Made by a program: the position numbers and the translations under genes. The notes beneath the pieces are model-generated. The model worked only from the letters and a program-made list of their open reading frames with translations. It did no database searches and was not told the DNA's origin. DNA of 63,944 nucleotides, the filler included, from Olpidium bornovanus S191 (lineage: Eukaryota > Fungi > Olpidiomycota), in assembly GCA_017911155.1 (NCBI GenBank). It is 22 parts of 22 records of this genome, joined end to end, with 100 filler letters (N's around TTAATTAATTAA, not from the genome) between each part and the next. Parts side by side here need not be neighbours in the genome. Positions count along the whole stretch, not along the records: positions 11,925 to 13,322 come from JAEFCI010001482.1; positions 13,423 to 14,978 come from JAEFCI010011570.1; positions 15,079 to 16,521 come from JAEFCI010011511.1; positions 16,622 to 20,382 come from JAEFCI010006515.1; positions 20,483 to 25,429 come from JAEFCI010000271.1; 17 more parts are not named here. One strand, given 5' to 3'. Shown here in pieces: positions 11,825 through 25,429 of the stretch. Positions within the stretch are counted from its first letter, which is position 1. Each line of letters starts with the position of its first letter.

Positions 11825-13422
11825 NNNNNNNNNNNNNNNNNNNNNNNNNNNNNNNNNNNNNNNNNNNNTTAATTAATTAANNNNNNNNNNNNNNNNNNNN
11901 NNNNNNNNNNNNNNNNNNNNNNNNCCATGATCATTACACCGGGGGAAAAGTCAGCAAGAGTGAGGCTCGCACGGAACTGGCGGGCGATTGTTCGTTTTCC
12001 AAGTTCCAGGGTGGTTCGGTTTGCAGATGTCGCGATGCTCCCACGCTCCACTCACACTCGCGCTTCCCCGATTTTAGCCTTCATCCTGGAACACCGGGGT
12101 GAGGGGGAGAAAGGAGGGGGAAGGGGTGTGGGGGCGCGTCGAACCAGCCGAAACATCGGCCTTGGGCCGTCGCACGTGAACTCTCTCTACACGAGCTCGC
12201 GTTTACTGTTCTGGTCGGCCGTTTCAAACTTTCGAAGTCCTCACCGCCTTGCCCCGCACTGCCCCGCGTCGTGCAACAAACTCGACGGTGGCGTCAAGGA
12301 CGTTGCTACTGCTACAGCAACTCCGAGAGGGGAAGACGTGGACGCGGAGTCCAGGATTTGTCACGCGGACAGAGCTAGTCAAACAACGGCAACGGGGTCC
12401 TTCCCAGCGAGTGATATCCAAAATCCCTCCTCCCACTCCTTCCCTGGCCACGCGTGCGGGGGCGCTCGTTTCCGCGGCGAGCGAAGGCGAGCTTAGAAAG
12501 GAGTGTCTGGCCCCGACCGCCCACTCACCCCCCCCCCCCCCAAAAGTCGGGTTTTGGCACAACAGCGTGCGGGCTCGGCACTTCTTGGGACGCGCCCGCA
12601 TAGGGGGGGGGGGGGGGGGCGGGCAAAAATGCTTTTTGACGGGCCAAGATCAACCCAGGAATTGAGAGCCGACCCGACCTCTCCAGCCCCCGCGGAATTT
12701 GCCCAGCACATTTTACTCAGGCCTTTTTCCCTCTCACGTTCGCTTTAAACGCCCGGGGTCGTGAGCCGAGAGAGGGGAGGCGGGACCCCTCGGCGTCCGG
12801 GTGCGGGTGCGCGTGCAGGTGCTTCACACGTTCAAGAAAAAATGGCGATTACCGAATTTTTCCTTGACGGGCCCTTTCCCCTCTGACAAACGCATTTTCG
12901 TGCAATTGGAGAAACCGGCGTGAAATCACCAAAAAAAAATGAAAAAAAGCGTAATCACGTGCGGAATTTGAGGGCCGGTCGACTGTGCGCGCGGGAGCGA
13001 AATAAAAAAAACGTTTTTGAAATCCGCAAAATACCCACGGCTTTTTATTTTTTATTTTATTTTATCCTTTTACTTTTTATTTTTTACGCGTCGGAGGATT
13101 TATTTTATTTTATCCGCGTCGGAGGAGGTGGGATTTGCAGCGCCTTTGGGAGCTCAAGCGCTCGCTCCCTGGCAAGCGGCCGCAACGTCAGTTTAAGGTG
13201 AGGCGGGGTGAAGGGGTGGGGGAGGGTTATTGAAGAATCTAAAAGGTCGGATTCCTGGAAATAAAGATGGCTCAATTCTGAATAGCGGGGAAGGTACCAA
13301 GCTGTGGGGGACCGCACCATGCNNNNNNNNNNNNNNNNNNNNNNNNNNNNNNNNNNNNNNNNNNNNTTAATTAATTAANNNNNNNNNNNNNNNNNNNNNN
13401 NNNNNNNNNNNNNNNNNNNNNN

Positions 13423-14737
<1,315 letters not shown>

Positions 14738-14851
14738 TCTGGCTCGTCCGCGGGCCCGCGTCTACGCGAAAGAGAAAGCGAGTTCCGCGGTGGAAAGGCC
14801 TCGGGCCCCACCTTCTTTTCTGCCTGGCGGCGGCGGCGGCGGCCGGTGATG

Positions 14852-14893
<42 letters not shown>

Positions 14894-15080
14894 GGGGGCG
14901 GGGTGGCGAAACCACAAAGGGGGAGCGGGCGGAAAAGGGGAGGGGGTCGGGGAGACGGAGAAGAAGATATAAAAGAAANNNNNNNNNNNNNNNNNNNNNN
15001 NNNNNNNNNNNNNNNNNNNNNNTTAATTAATTAANNNNNNNNNNNNNNNNNNNNNNNNNNNNNNNNNNNNNNNNNNNNGC

Positions 15081-15105
15081 GGGGCGGGGGGGGGGGGGGG
15101 GGGGG

Positions 15106-15151
<46 letters not shown>
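15081..15151. repeat. Very long G homopolymer; similar C runs at about 27781-27860, 29286-29319 and 38969-39077, and A/T runs at 10499-10531, 43020-43061 and 59877-59925
   Basis: Directly visible. Several abut contig ends, so lengths may be unreliable. Confidence 0.85.
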
Positions 15152-15154
<3 letters not shown>

Positions 15155-15224
15155 GGGCCGAGCGAAAACCGCGGGGCGGTCGGTTCGGCGACGCGTGGAT
15201 CCGCGGATCGGACGCGCTTCGCGC

Positions 15225-15255
<31 letters not shown>

Positions 15256-16621
15256 CCTTAAACGGCGGCCGCCCCCGGGGAGCACGGCAGCGGCCCGGCC
15301 CCACTCTCCGACGCGCTCGGGCGGGAGGGATGGGGGAAGAAGGTGCTGCCGACAAAGGCGTTCTGGCGGGCCGCCGGGACACCGGGATCTCGGGGCCCCT
15401 CCCCGTCGTTTCACGGGGGGAGAAATTTCCCCCCTTTCGGGGGCGACTTTTTTTTTGGCGTTTTGCGCGATGCTTTTTACGCCTCGCGAGCGCGCCGGAC
15501 GGAAAGTCCTCTTCCGCGCACGCGCTTGTTCCCCCTCGCCTCCCGTCCTTCCCCTCGTCCTCTTCCCTCTAACCATTCACCGCTTCCGAGGCTGTGGGCG
15601 CAGGGCACGCCGGCCCAAGTCAAAGCGCCTTCGAAGGCCGCGCCGCGCCCGGACCAGGGACTGGGGTTAGGTCGCTGCAGCGTTCCGGTGTCGCGTGACC
15701 AGAGCTCCTCCTCTATTTCGGGAATACGCCGGCAACTTCGAGATCTGGGTGCCTGCACTTCGTACTGTGCGCCCCCGTTTCCACCTGGGTCCGTCGCCAA
15801 GCGCTGTACCGGATCCCTGTTCCCGTGGTGACACTTTCGGGGGAACGGGAGGCATTCTCCAGGGGGGGGGGGGGGAAGGGGGGGGGCCAAAGGGAATTTG
15901 GCGGTCACCGACGGAGTCGGCTGCGGGTCTTCCCCCCCCGCGCCCCCCTCCCTCCGTTCGCGTCTGAAGTGGTTGTTTTAAACCCAGTCCGGCGCGGCGG
16001 CTCGGCAGCGCACTTATATCAACCCCCGCCCCGTCCGCCAGCGATCTCCAGACCTGAATGGCCCCGGCCACAGACCCCAATCTGCGACGGTCTGGAGCTC
16101 CGGGTACTGTCTCTGCTCTCTCAATCTCTCTCTCTCTCTCTCTCCCGCGGGGCTCTTCCACTCTCCATTCTCCCGTTCCGCCGCCCGCCGCCGGTTGCCG
16201 TGGAAACGAAAGCTTCCCCGCGCTCCCCCGCCCCTCGTCGCAAACCCACGCCCCACGCACCCGACCGGAAATGCCACCGGAGGATCCCAGACAGTTGCCG
16301 GGAGCGCCCGAGCATAAATAATAACCCGCCCAAATTCCCTCAATCCCGCCTTTCCCGCCCCCCTCCCCCTTCCCCGGCGACCGCCCCAGCGGGAAACTCC
16401 TCCCCCCGTTGATGCTGGAACCTCCGGCGGGGCCCATCCGGTCGATGAGACGAAACGGGCACACTCTCCAAGAGCGCAATGGCAGATGCGCGCACAGAGT
16501 CGCTAGCTGATCTGGGCATGANNNNNNNNNNNNNNNNNNNNNNNNNNNNNNNNNNNNNNNNNNNNTTAATTAATTAANNNNNNNNNNNNNNNNNNNNNNN
16601 NNNNNNNNNNNNNNNNNNNNN

Positions 16622-19300
16622 CCTCACAATCCGCCTGGTCCGCTACGCGTGCTGGCTGAAGGCCAATCTGGGGACACCTGGATAGACTTCGCTAGTGCCG
16701 CGCGGTGACGCGCGCCGTCACAAGTGACCCGCGGGACGCATGGGTCAAAAAGACGGGGGTGTCTGGTGGGAGACACGCTGTGTAGCGAAGGTTAGACGTA
16801 GAGGTAGGGCTGCCTGTCGTCTCGACACCCATTGTCTCAACACTGTACCTTAAACGCTTTTCTTCGAAGAGCTGGTTGAAGTGCTCTTCGACGGATCGGC
16901 TGGTGACAACCGACGCGCTCTCCGTAGCGCCCGTATCACCTGTACCGACTTTGCTTTGATGCGCCATCGATGCGCCCATCGAAGCGCCCGCCCCGGTGGG
17001 CTCGACGGCTTCCGCCACCCCCCGGGGGAGTGCGCCCACAGGCGAACTCGCGCTTCGCCCTCACCCGAACACAACAACAAACGCTTTCCGCCTTTGGCCG
17101 CCCGCCGCGCCTTCTGCGCCGCCTCCCGCCGCCTTCGGCTACCAGCGCGCCATCTGCACCACCTCCCGCCGCCTTCGGCCGCCCGGCGCGCCTTCCGCGC
17201 CGCCTCCATCCGCTCGCCGCGCCGCCTACACCGCCTTCCGCCGCCCGGCGTGCCACGGGCCGCCTCCCGCCACCTTCGCCTGCCCGGCGCGCCATCCGTG
17301 ACGCCCCCATCCGCTCGCCGCGCCGCCTACACCGCCTTCGGCCGCCCGGCGCGCCATCCGCGCCGTCTCCATCCGCTCGCCATCCGCGCCGTCTCCATCC
17401 GCTCGCCATCCGCGCCGTCTCCATCCGCTCGCCATCCGCGCCGTCTCCATCTGCTCGCCGCGCCATCTCCGCCGCCTCCGGCTACCTCCGCGCCATCTCC
17501 GCCGCCCTCGGCCGCCTGCCGCGCCGTCTTTGCCGCCTCCGGCCACCCGCCGCGACACCATGGACCATTCCAGAAGCTCAACTGCTGCAAGTCGGACCTT
17601 TTTGTCAACCGTCTTGTATAACGTCTGGACCTGAACAAATCGTTCATCACGACTGTCCACCCAGTCAATAAGTTTCAATTCCGAAACAAGGCGTTGTAAT
17701 TTCAAGAACGCCCCAAGTGATTCCAATTTCACTTTATTAACACAAGGGACAGAGGCGCGGTCAACAGCTCATTTCAGGATATCAGCCGGTAATTCGATCA
17801 TACATTCCGAGAAGACAGCTTGAGGTGACTCCTTCACTCCGAGGACATCACAACGCATTAATGCCCTCATTTTCCGGCGAAACCAACGTCGTCAAGCTCC
17901 ACGCGGGTCATGCAACAAACTGCTGACTGCAAGAGAACTCGAAGGCCGTGACGACAGGCAAAAGACTCACCCAGACGTCGGTCCCTTGCAAAATTAATTT
18001 CTTCTCAGCGGAGGACAACCCTGCGACAACCGACTCCTCCATGTCGACTGTCACCGTTAAAAATCCCGACTCCCAGAATCATCCTCCACAAGATTGCCCT
18101 CCTCATCTCGCGTGTTCCTCATGTACAGGCGTATGTCATTTATCATCGCCCGATGCAGTTCCGCAGGGGAAGACAAGTGTTGAGGATTTCCTGAGCACTG
18201 GCACCCCTTAGAATGGACCACCATTAGCTCCATATCACGTTTTGTACGTGCATCCGTGATCGTAAGGATTTCCGATCCATCATCTCGACAGTGCTGGCGG
18301 CAATTGACAGCTGCTCTCCACTGCTGCCCCGAGATAATGTTGTATCACAACCGGTCTTGCATGAAGACGTTATGCCTGCTCGAGATACTTGCCACAACTA
18401 ATTCCATATTTGGGCATGCCCCAACAAGTGCATTCTCACTGACAGACGTGACCATTGTCCAGCCTGGTCGCGGGTCATACGCAAGTCCTGTTTCCCGAAC
18501 CACCCAACTCTCGACAACCGTAATCTCTGATCCGCTGTCGATCAAACCTGTGATAGAACGTCCGAGTTTCGGCACCAAAACACTTACACTAATAAATGAA
18601 TAATATTTTGACTACTTAAATTGTGTCTGTCATTGTAGTACCCCACTATTAACAGTCAACTTCAGGGCAATTACGACTCGGGCATAGTCCCCTCATCAGA
18701 GTCGGCTGTTCATCATGTTCGACATCCAAATAATTTAGATCTTTCTCCTCGCCAGTGATATAATTAACTCCGCTCCGGCGGAATTGGAATTGCTGTCCCA
18801 CGGCTTAGATAACAGAGGGCGTACACAAACTCATTATAGTTTTAACGTTTGAGGACTACTTTTGCTCCCAGAACAGCGTCCACGGCAAGAGCTTCTGGGT
18901 TTGCTTGTTGGATGCGAGCTTGAAGTTTTCCCTTGTTGGCGGACACTTCGGCATGCTTCTTGTTCATTTCGCCATCACGTTACTCGGTAGTCGAGGGCTT
19001 GGAATCTTAAGCCAAAGATTTGGCATCCCGGTGGTCATCCTTGGTTACCGTCTCTACTGGTATAACTTGGCGAGTCCTCTCTCCCAAGGGAGGCGGAAAC
19101 TGAAAAATCGACTTTTGCCCTTGTTTCTCCCTTGCCTCTGTCACGGACGTAATTTGGACACGCTTCTGGGGGTCCTGGACCCCCATACCGCGTATACGTT
19201 TCTCCTCGACACTGGCCTGTTGTAGTGATTCGGCCTCGACAGGCACGTGACCTGTACTATATAGCCGTCGGGCCCCCGGGCACGTCGAATAGACTCCGAC
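16622..19300 (-). mobile_element. Degenerate Ty3/gypsy LTR-retrotransposon gag-pol fragment
   Basis: Retropepsin motif LIDSGSEITVV (about 18510-18545) is followed by an in-frame stop and YNIISGQQW...DDGSEILTITD. LYKTVDKKVR (about 17590-17625) resembles the YKPVxKKVRP motif of fungal gypsy pol. Many stops and frameshifts, and GC is lower than in genes. No LTR identified. Confidence 0.72.
17355..17458. repeat. 26-bp minisatellite x4 within a larger GC-rich repeat block (about 17090-17560)
   Basis: CATCCGCGCCGTCTCCATCCGCTCGC at 17355, 17381, 17407 and 17433 (last copy has one mismatch). Confidence 0.92.
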
Positions 19301-19384
19301 CGTCCTTCCTCCTTCGAACGTATCACTACAAAGTGGGGAATCCGAGGAAGAACCATCCCTTTCGACGAGCTCCCTTTTGACCAG

Positions 19385-19810
19385 CTCTTTCGCTCCGCTC
19401 CCCGCTGCGCCCGCGCTTCGCCCTCCGCTGCGCGCCCGCGCTTCGCCTCCGCCGCTGCGCCTGCGCTTCGCCCTCCGCCGCGCCCGCGCTTCGCCTCCGC
19501 CGCGCCCGCGCTCCGCCTCCGCCGCGCCCGCGCTCGGCTTCCGCCGCGCCACCTTTCGCCGCAGCACTCGTTTTTCACGCTTGCGATCGTTTGTTTTTGT
19601 TTTTCGTCGCCGAAACGACGCCCGTTTTTGCTTCGAAATGCCGCTTCCCATCGCTTCCATCGCTCGGCCCCCGCCGCGCTCGCGCTCCGCCGCCGCTGCG
19701 CCCGCGCTCTGCCCCCGCTGCGCCCGCGCTCGGCCTGCCGCCGCGTTTGTTTTTTGAGCTTATTTTGCTGCTCGTTTTGAGCTTATTTTTGCTCACTGAG
19801 CTTATTTTGT
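19385..19810. repeat. GC-rich imperfect repeats plus TGAGCTTATTTT x3
   Basis: Repeated GCGCCCGCGCT(T)CGCC(C)TCCGCCG units from 19400 to 19745. TGAGCTTATTTT at 19755, 19778 and 19797. Confidence 0.8.
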
Positions 19811-19849
19811 TCACCGTGCTTTCGTTTTTCGTTGCTCCATTGCTTTTGC

Positions 19850-20382
19850 CTTTGACGACAGCTGTTGACGATGCCTTCGCGCCGCTGCCGCTGTCGCCTC
19901 ACATAACGGCGGCCCGCACCGCTCTCCCGCCGCCGTCAAACCCTTCGAACTCCGCAGTTTGTTCGGCCGGGTCTCCCCCCGCGCCCGTCGCCGCGTCGTC
20001 CCCCGCGCCCGTCGCCGCGTCGTCCTCCGCGCCCGTCGACCCCGCCGCCGTCCCCATCCCGCCGTCGCCGTCCTTCGATGCCCGGATGGATCTACCGCCG
20101 CTTCGCGTCCCTATGTTCATTCCCGAACAGGCACCCGACGCCACGCCCGCCGCTGCGCCCGCCGCTTCGTCCGCCCGTGTCGGACTCGACAATACCGCAA
20201 ACGCTTCTGATGCCGTCCTTCGTCAGCAGAAGCTTGCTGGACTTGCTGAGTGGCGCGCTTCGATCGTTGCCCGCGTTGGTGCCGTTACCGCGGCTGCGCT
20301 TTTAACCGACGTTGACGCCGCTCTTCCCGCCATCGTCGACGACCCGTCCATTTCGTTGCAGGAGTTGAGCGTTACCTGCGCC
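19850..20382 (+). CDS. Pro/Ala-rich uncharacterised ORF, possibly TE ORF1/gag-like, truncated
   Basis: Open frame to the contig end with an APVAASS duplication and a helical tail (LRQQKLAGLAEWRASIVARVG). No recognisable domain. Confidence 0.35.
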
Positions 20383-20482
20383 NNNNNNNNNNNNNNNNNN
20401 NNNNNNNNNNNNNNNNNNNNNNNNNNTTAATTAATTAANNNNNNNNNNNNNNNNNNNNNNNNNNNNNNNNNNNNNNNNNNNN

Positions 20483-21760
20483 ACATGGTTGCCACAAGGA
20501 GATAAACGGTAACCGGATCGGCCAGCTCTGATTTCTGCAATTGGCTGACCAGCGCTAGAACCTCCTGTCCAGTTAGGTGGCACAGGTCCGTAATGTGGCA
20601 GAGCACCGCGCCGAGCAACTCCCGTTCGTCCCGCAGAGATTTCACTCTCATCACCAGCACAGCCTCGCCGAGCGGCTCCGCGCCGGCGCCAACGCCGAGT
20701 CCCGCTTCCAGTGCCCTCGCCGACTTCAGTTGGAGGCCGGTGATTGCCAATGAGTCCACCACTTTCACAACAAAACTAGTGGCGCCGGCTGCAAGACCAG
20801 CGTTCGGCACAATTGTCCGCGTGAGCTCCGAAGTGAACGACGCGAGGACGTCCAGGTTTGCGACATTTCCGAACACGAGCTCGAGACACAAAAGCAACCA
20901 GCTTCGCTGCTCGTGGAAGAGCTCCACCGCGCCGTCCAGGACTTCGCGCCCATAACTTCGTTGCCTAAGCGTCGACTGGTGAAGGAGGGTCGCAGCAACT
21001 TCCTCGTTAATGTTTAAGTGGTCTGACAAACATTTGACCATTTCGATGAACTCGCTGTTCAGCCGGAAGCTCTCGCCGCGGATAGTCGCTGTCCCTGGAC
21101 AAATTGACTTCGGCAGTTCAGTATTGTCGGGCGGGTATCAAGCAGCCGAAGCAGCGGGAGCGACAAAACCCGCGAACCACAGTCCTTTACCGTACCGTTT
21201 TGAATTTTCGCCCGACTCGCGGCGTCCTTTGGGGGCACGTCGAGCAGATTCGCGAACGCCGGTAGGCAGCGCTCCAGCTCGAGCTTCAGACGCGAAGTGA
21301 CAGCGTAGCTCGGCGCCGCAAGTGCTTCGAGAATCAGAGAATGCAGGAGGTCAAACTTCGTCCACGTGAACTCGGTCCACGCCGCACAGCTCGCCGCAGC
21401 GACCGACGCCGGGAGCGGGGCCGAAGGTGCGGAGGCTGCGAACGACGGCGTCGCCGCGGCGGCGCTCGCGGGCATGACGGGCCCGGGCCGCGGCGGCGGC
21501 GCGCCAAAAAGAAAGGAGGCCTGCACGCTGCTTAAGCCGGACGACCCTGCTGCCGGCGCGGAAGGGAACGAGAAAAGAGGAGGCGCGGAGGGCGCGCCGG
21601 CGGACGCGGCCGCGGCGCCGGGCGCCGGCGCGGCCAGCGGCGACGCGGAGGGCAGGCTGCCGGGCAGCAAGGGCGGCGGCAGGGCGGCAGCTGTCCCCGG
21701 GGCGGCGGGCAGCAGCAGCTGGGAAGCGTCGGCAGCCCGCTTCTTTCGGCTGTCGTCCAT
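20483..21760 (-). CDS. NUP192: Nucleoporin Nup192/Nup205 N-terminal region, spliced, 3'-truncated
   Basis: WTKFDLLHSLIL...LERCLPAFANLLDVPPKDAASRAKIQNG, then LSDHLNINEEVAATLL...AVELFHEQRSWLLLCLELV, matching the recalled Nup192/205 N-terminal pattern (FxxLLDxPxK; FHxRRxxLLxCL). Confidence 0.75.
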
Positions 21761-23557
21761 CGCTCGCTCGCTCGCTCCCGCGGTCGTCGGGGTGGTCGAG
21801 GGGGACGCGGAGAGAAGGCCACGTTGCGTCGCCCGCGGTGCGTGTCGTCGCTGCCGCTCGCTCGCCCCGCGCAAACCGCGCGCGGCAGCCGGAAACGAAC
21901 GAGAAAACCTCCGGGCTCCCTCCTGCGCTCGCTCGCCCGGCCACCGGCTTCAAATTCCGCTCAGTTCCGCTCCGGTTTCGCCAAACGAACACACCCGCGC
22001 AAACACCCTCTCCCACTGAGCGTTCGTGCGGTATCCCCCCGTTTCCCGCGCCCCGCGTTGCGTCCCCGCAATCCCGCTGCTGCGCCCGCCGCGCGCGCAG
22101 TCTCAAATGCCGGGTGTCTACGAAGCAGCAGGCGGAATTCCCGACGGCACTCCGGACGCGCTTGCAGCGACGCAACCACCGCAGCTGCCACACCGCGCTG
22201 GTCACCACAGCGCCGGGGCCAAAATTCGGTTTTGGTAAGGACAAACCGAAAAAACGAATTTTGATTTGCTGCGGACAAGGAAAAGCACGTACCGCAATTC
22301 GCGGTTGTCAGGGGCCGAGGACGAGTTGCGACCGACGTGGGCCACGGCTTTACCCGCCGAACACCCCCCCACCCGTTCACACGCCGGACTCGGTTTTGCC
22401 CGTGAAACCGAATTCCAGGATCAGCCTGGGGTCAAGGGTGGGAACCCTTCCGCGGCCAGGGGTAGAGGACCCCCGCCGCCCCACCCTCCCGCCGACGCAA
22501 AATGCTTGTGAAAAATGGGGGTCGGAAATCATATCCCGGGCGGCCGAAGTAAAGAAGGAAAACGCGCGTGGGAAGGCAGCGCCCGACGACAGCGGGAGAC
22601 GTTGTGATTTCCTGACTGTTGCCGTCACGATTTCCACGTCTTTTCCCGTCGGAGGGAGGGGGAGGCGGGGGGCGGCCAGGCGACGCCGCGTACGCCGCGG
22701 CGGAAAAAAAAAATTGCAACCGCAGAGAGGCAAAGAGAGGTCACGCCAGACGTGCTGCACAAAAAAAGCACGCAAACGCAGACTGTTGCTTTTGAAGATG
22801 CGGTTTGCGTTTGTACGGCAAATCCGGAAAGATGCGTACAGAAAAGCGCCCGCAGCCAACATTCCTGATACTTGGGTAAGGTCATTGGCAGACCGATTCG
22901 GGTGCGGGGGGCCAGCCTGTGATTGCCAAAACAGCAGCAGCTGGACGGCGGCAACGCCAGCGTACTTACAGGTACAAGGGTCCTGCTTCGGTCAGAAACG
23001 GAAAAGCTGCGAGGAGCACCGGGTTACGGCCGCGCAACGAACTTAAAAAAGGGCTCGCTGCAGACAGCCCGACGGTTTAGAAGCTCCGACTGGGCGTTGG
23101 CGCGGCGGAGTCCGAGAACTTCCCCCGCGGGGTCGGGGGATAATAATTTGGCAAGGGGCAGGGGGGGAAAGGGGAGAGAAAATCCGCCGATGAAGTGAAA
23201 AAATTTCCGACCGGATCTTTCTTAATTACACCGGGCGCTGCCGAGAATGACGTGCCGGCCGAAGTCCCGAGAACAGCGGAATCGGGCCGGCCGCGCACTC
23301 GGTCGGGCACTGCCGACGCCCTCGAAAGTGCGGGATCCCCAGGTGGTCGAACAAAAACAAAAAACAAAAAAAAAAAAAAAAAAATCGGGCCGGATGTCGG
23401 CGGAAGAACACAGGGTCGGCAAATTCACCGGCTCGCTATTCTTTTTTGTTTTTTTGTTTTTTCTGAAAGCGAGACTGAACGGCTGCTTTTTCTTTTCTTT
23501 TTTTTTTTTTGTTTTTTTTTTTTTTTTTTTTTTTTTGCTCCTCTCCTTTTCGAGCAG

Positions 23558-25429
23558 CTCGCTACCATCCGGCACCGAGATGTCGTGCAGGATCTGGAGA
23601 CCAGGATTTTCAACCTGACCGAGCGGGCGAAGACTAAGGATGTTTACATCGAGCAGTTGGAGGCCAAGCTCCAACAGGCGGAAGAGCGCCATGACCGGGA
23701 CGTCGCCGCCGCCGCCCACCAGCGGGAGAAGGCGGCGAAGGCCGCCAAGGACGTGGAGGCGGTCGAAGCGTACGTCCAGGAGCTGGAGGCCAAGCTTGCG
23801 GCAAAAGAGGAGCAGGTGCGCCAGCTGTTGGCCCGGCTTGCAGCAGAGGCCGGTGCGGGCGTTTCCGCGCGGGTCTCCCGCCGCCGGCCCGGCGCATCAA
23901 TCCCAGACCATCCCGGCGCCGCGGAAAACCCCGAAACCGCGGCTGTTCCCTCCGCCGGCCCCCTTCACCGCACGAAAGCCGGGAAGGAGGAGGAGGAGGT
24001 GGTGGTGGAGGCGGAGGAGGGGAACGCGGCCCGCAACCACTTCGAGCGAGCGGCATCCAAAACCGGCCCGCGGTCCCCGCAGATCACTGACGAGGTCGCC
24101 GCGTTGCTCAGCGCGCTGGATGCCCAGTCCCTGCAGATCGAGGGGTTGAGCGCGAGCGTCGAGGACCTTCGAGACAAGCTTCAGGCCACCGAGGACGAAA
24201 ACAACCAGCAGGCCGGGGCGATCCGGCGGCTGGAAAAGCAGAATAGGGATTTGTCGTCGCTGCTGGACGGCTCCGGGAAGGCGCCCAGCCTCGCCGAGGA
24301 AGTCGAGCGCTCCGCGCCGCCGCGCCGCGGGTTTCCGGCCTGCCGCGGACGGGATCCGGGCGGAGGCCCCGCCCCGGTCGAGAGCGAGGGCGCCACGCCG
24401 GGGGCCGCCGCGGTCGCTCGAACGCGGCGGGCCTCTGAGCTGGAACGCGAACTGGAGGCGGGGCGCAGGGAGCGCGACGCCGACCGCGCCGCCCTGAAGC
24501 GCCTGCGGGACGAACACGCCGGCTGCCGACAGGCCCCTGCGTATCCGGAGGAAACGACCTCGAAATTCCGATTCGCGACTCTGCGGTGCCGGACGCTGGA
24601 AGCGGAAGCGGCGGCGCAGGCCGCAGTGATCGTGGGCCTGGAAGGGAGCCTCGCAAAAAAGGACAGCGAGGCCCGCGCTCAGATGGACCGGAGCCTCGAG
24701 GCCGCGGCGGACCTTCGCCGCCAGATCGACGCGATGAGGAAGCAGCTGCTTGACGTCGAGGGTCAACTTGCGAGCGCCCGCGTCGGAGCGGCGCAGGCGC
24801 CGGCGGCCGACGGCGGTTCCGCCTGCGGAGAGCCCGATGCGGACGCCGGCGCGGACGTGGAGGCGTTGAAAGAAGCGCTGCGCAAAGCGGCCGACGAGGT
24901 TAGCTTTAGCCGCGAAGAGCAAGCGCGTTCGGAGCGCTCGGTCCTGCAGCTGCGGGAAGAGATCGCCGCGTCCAAGGCGCGGTACGACGCCCAGCTGCGA
25001 GACCGGCTCAGGGAGGCTAAGGTGATTCACGAGGACTGGAAAAAGGCCAAGGCCGGGCTGGAGCAGGCGGAATCGCGGCTGAAGGCGGCGTCCGAGCGGG
25101 AGGAAGCCCTCAAGCGCGACGTTGCGGACCTGGAGCAAGCGTACGCCGCGCTGGGGACGCAGGCGGAAGCGAAAACCGCGGAGCTGGAAGCGGCGCTCGA
25201 CGCGAGCATCCGGGAGAACGATCGGCTCTCCAAACGCCTGGAGGCCGTCGACAGCCAGGTTAAGCTCCTGGAGGCGGAAGTGAGCCTCTGCGAATCGAAA
25301 GCCGCGCTCGCCGGCCTGAGTCGAAGGGAGGAAGAAGGATCGGGCTCCGCGAGGCTGCGCGCCGCCCGCAGGCAGATTAAGCAGCTGGAGCGCGACGGCG
25401 ACGAACTCGCCGTGGAGGCCGAGTACATG
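23558..25429 (+). CDS. Long coiled-coil protein, one ~1.87-kb exon, 3'-truncated; upstream exons not resolved
   Basis: A poly-T tract and CAG acceptor at 23555-23557 precede a 624-codon open frame rich in E/A/R/L/K heptads (IEQLEAKLQQAEER, LREEIAASKARYDAQLRDRLRE) with strong GC3 bias. Confidence 0.8.

Noticed and set aside
11925-13322. A gene on this contig
   Set aside because: Only short protein-like fragments; no consistent exon chain or recognisable domain.
15079-16521. A gene on this contig
   Set aside because: No frame gave a recognisable product and the candidate exons conflict between strands.
25421-25429. GAGTACATG at a contig end as SMART adapter contamination
   Set aside because: It reads in frame as E-Y-M in the long ORF and the match to the adapter does not extend cleanly upstream. 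Other CATG ends also continue genomic codons.
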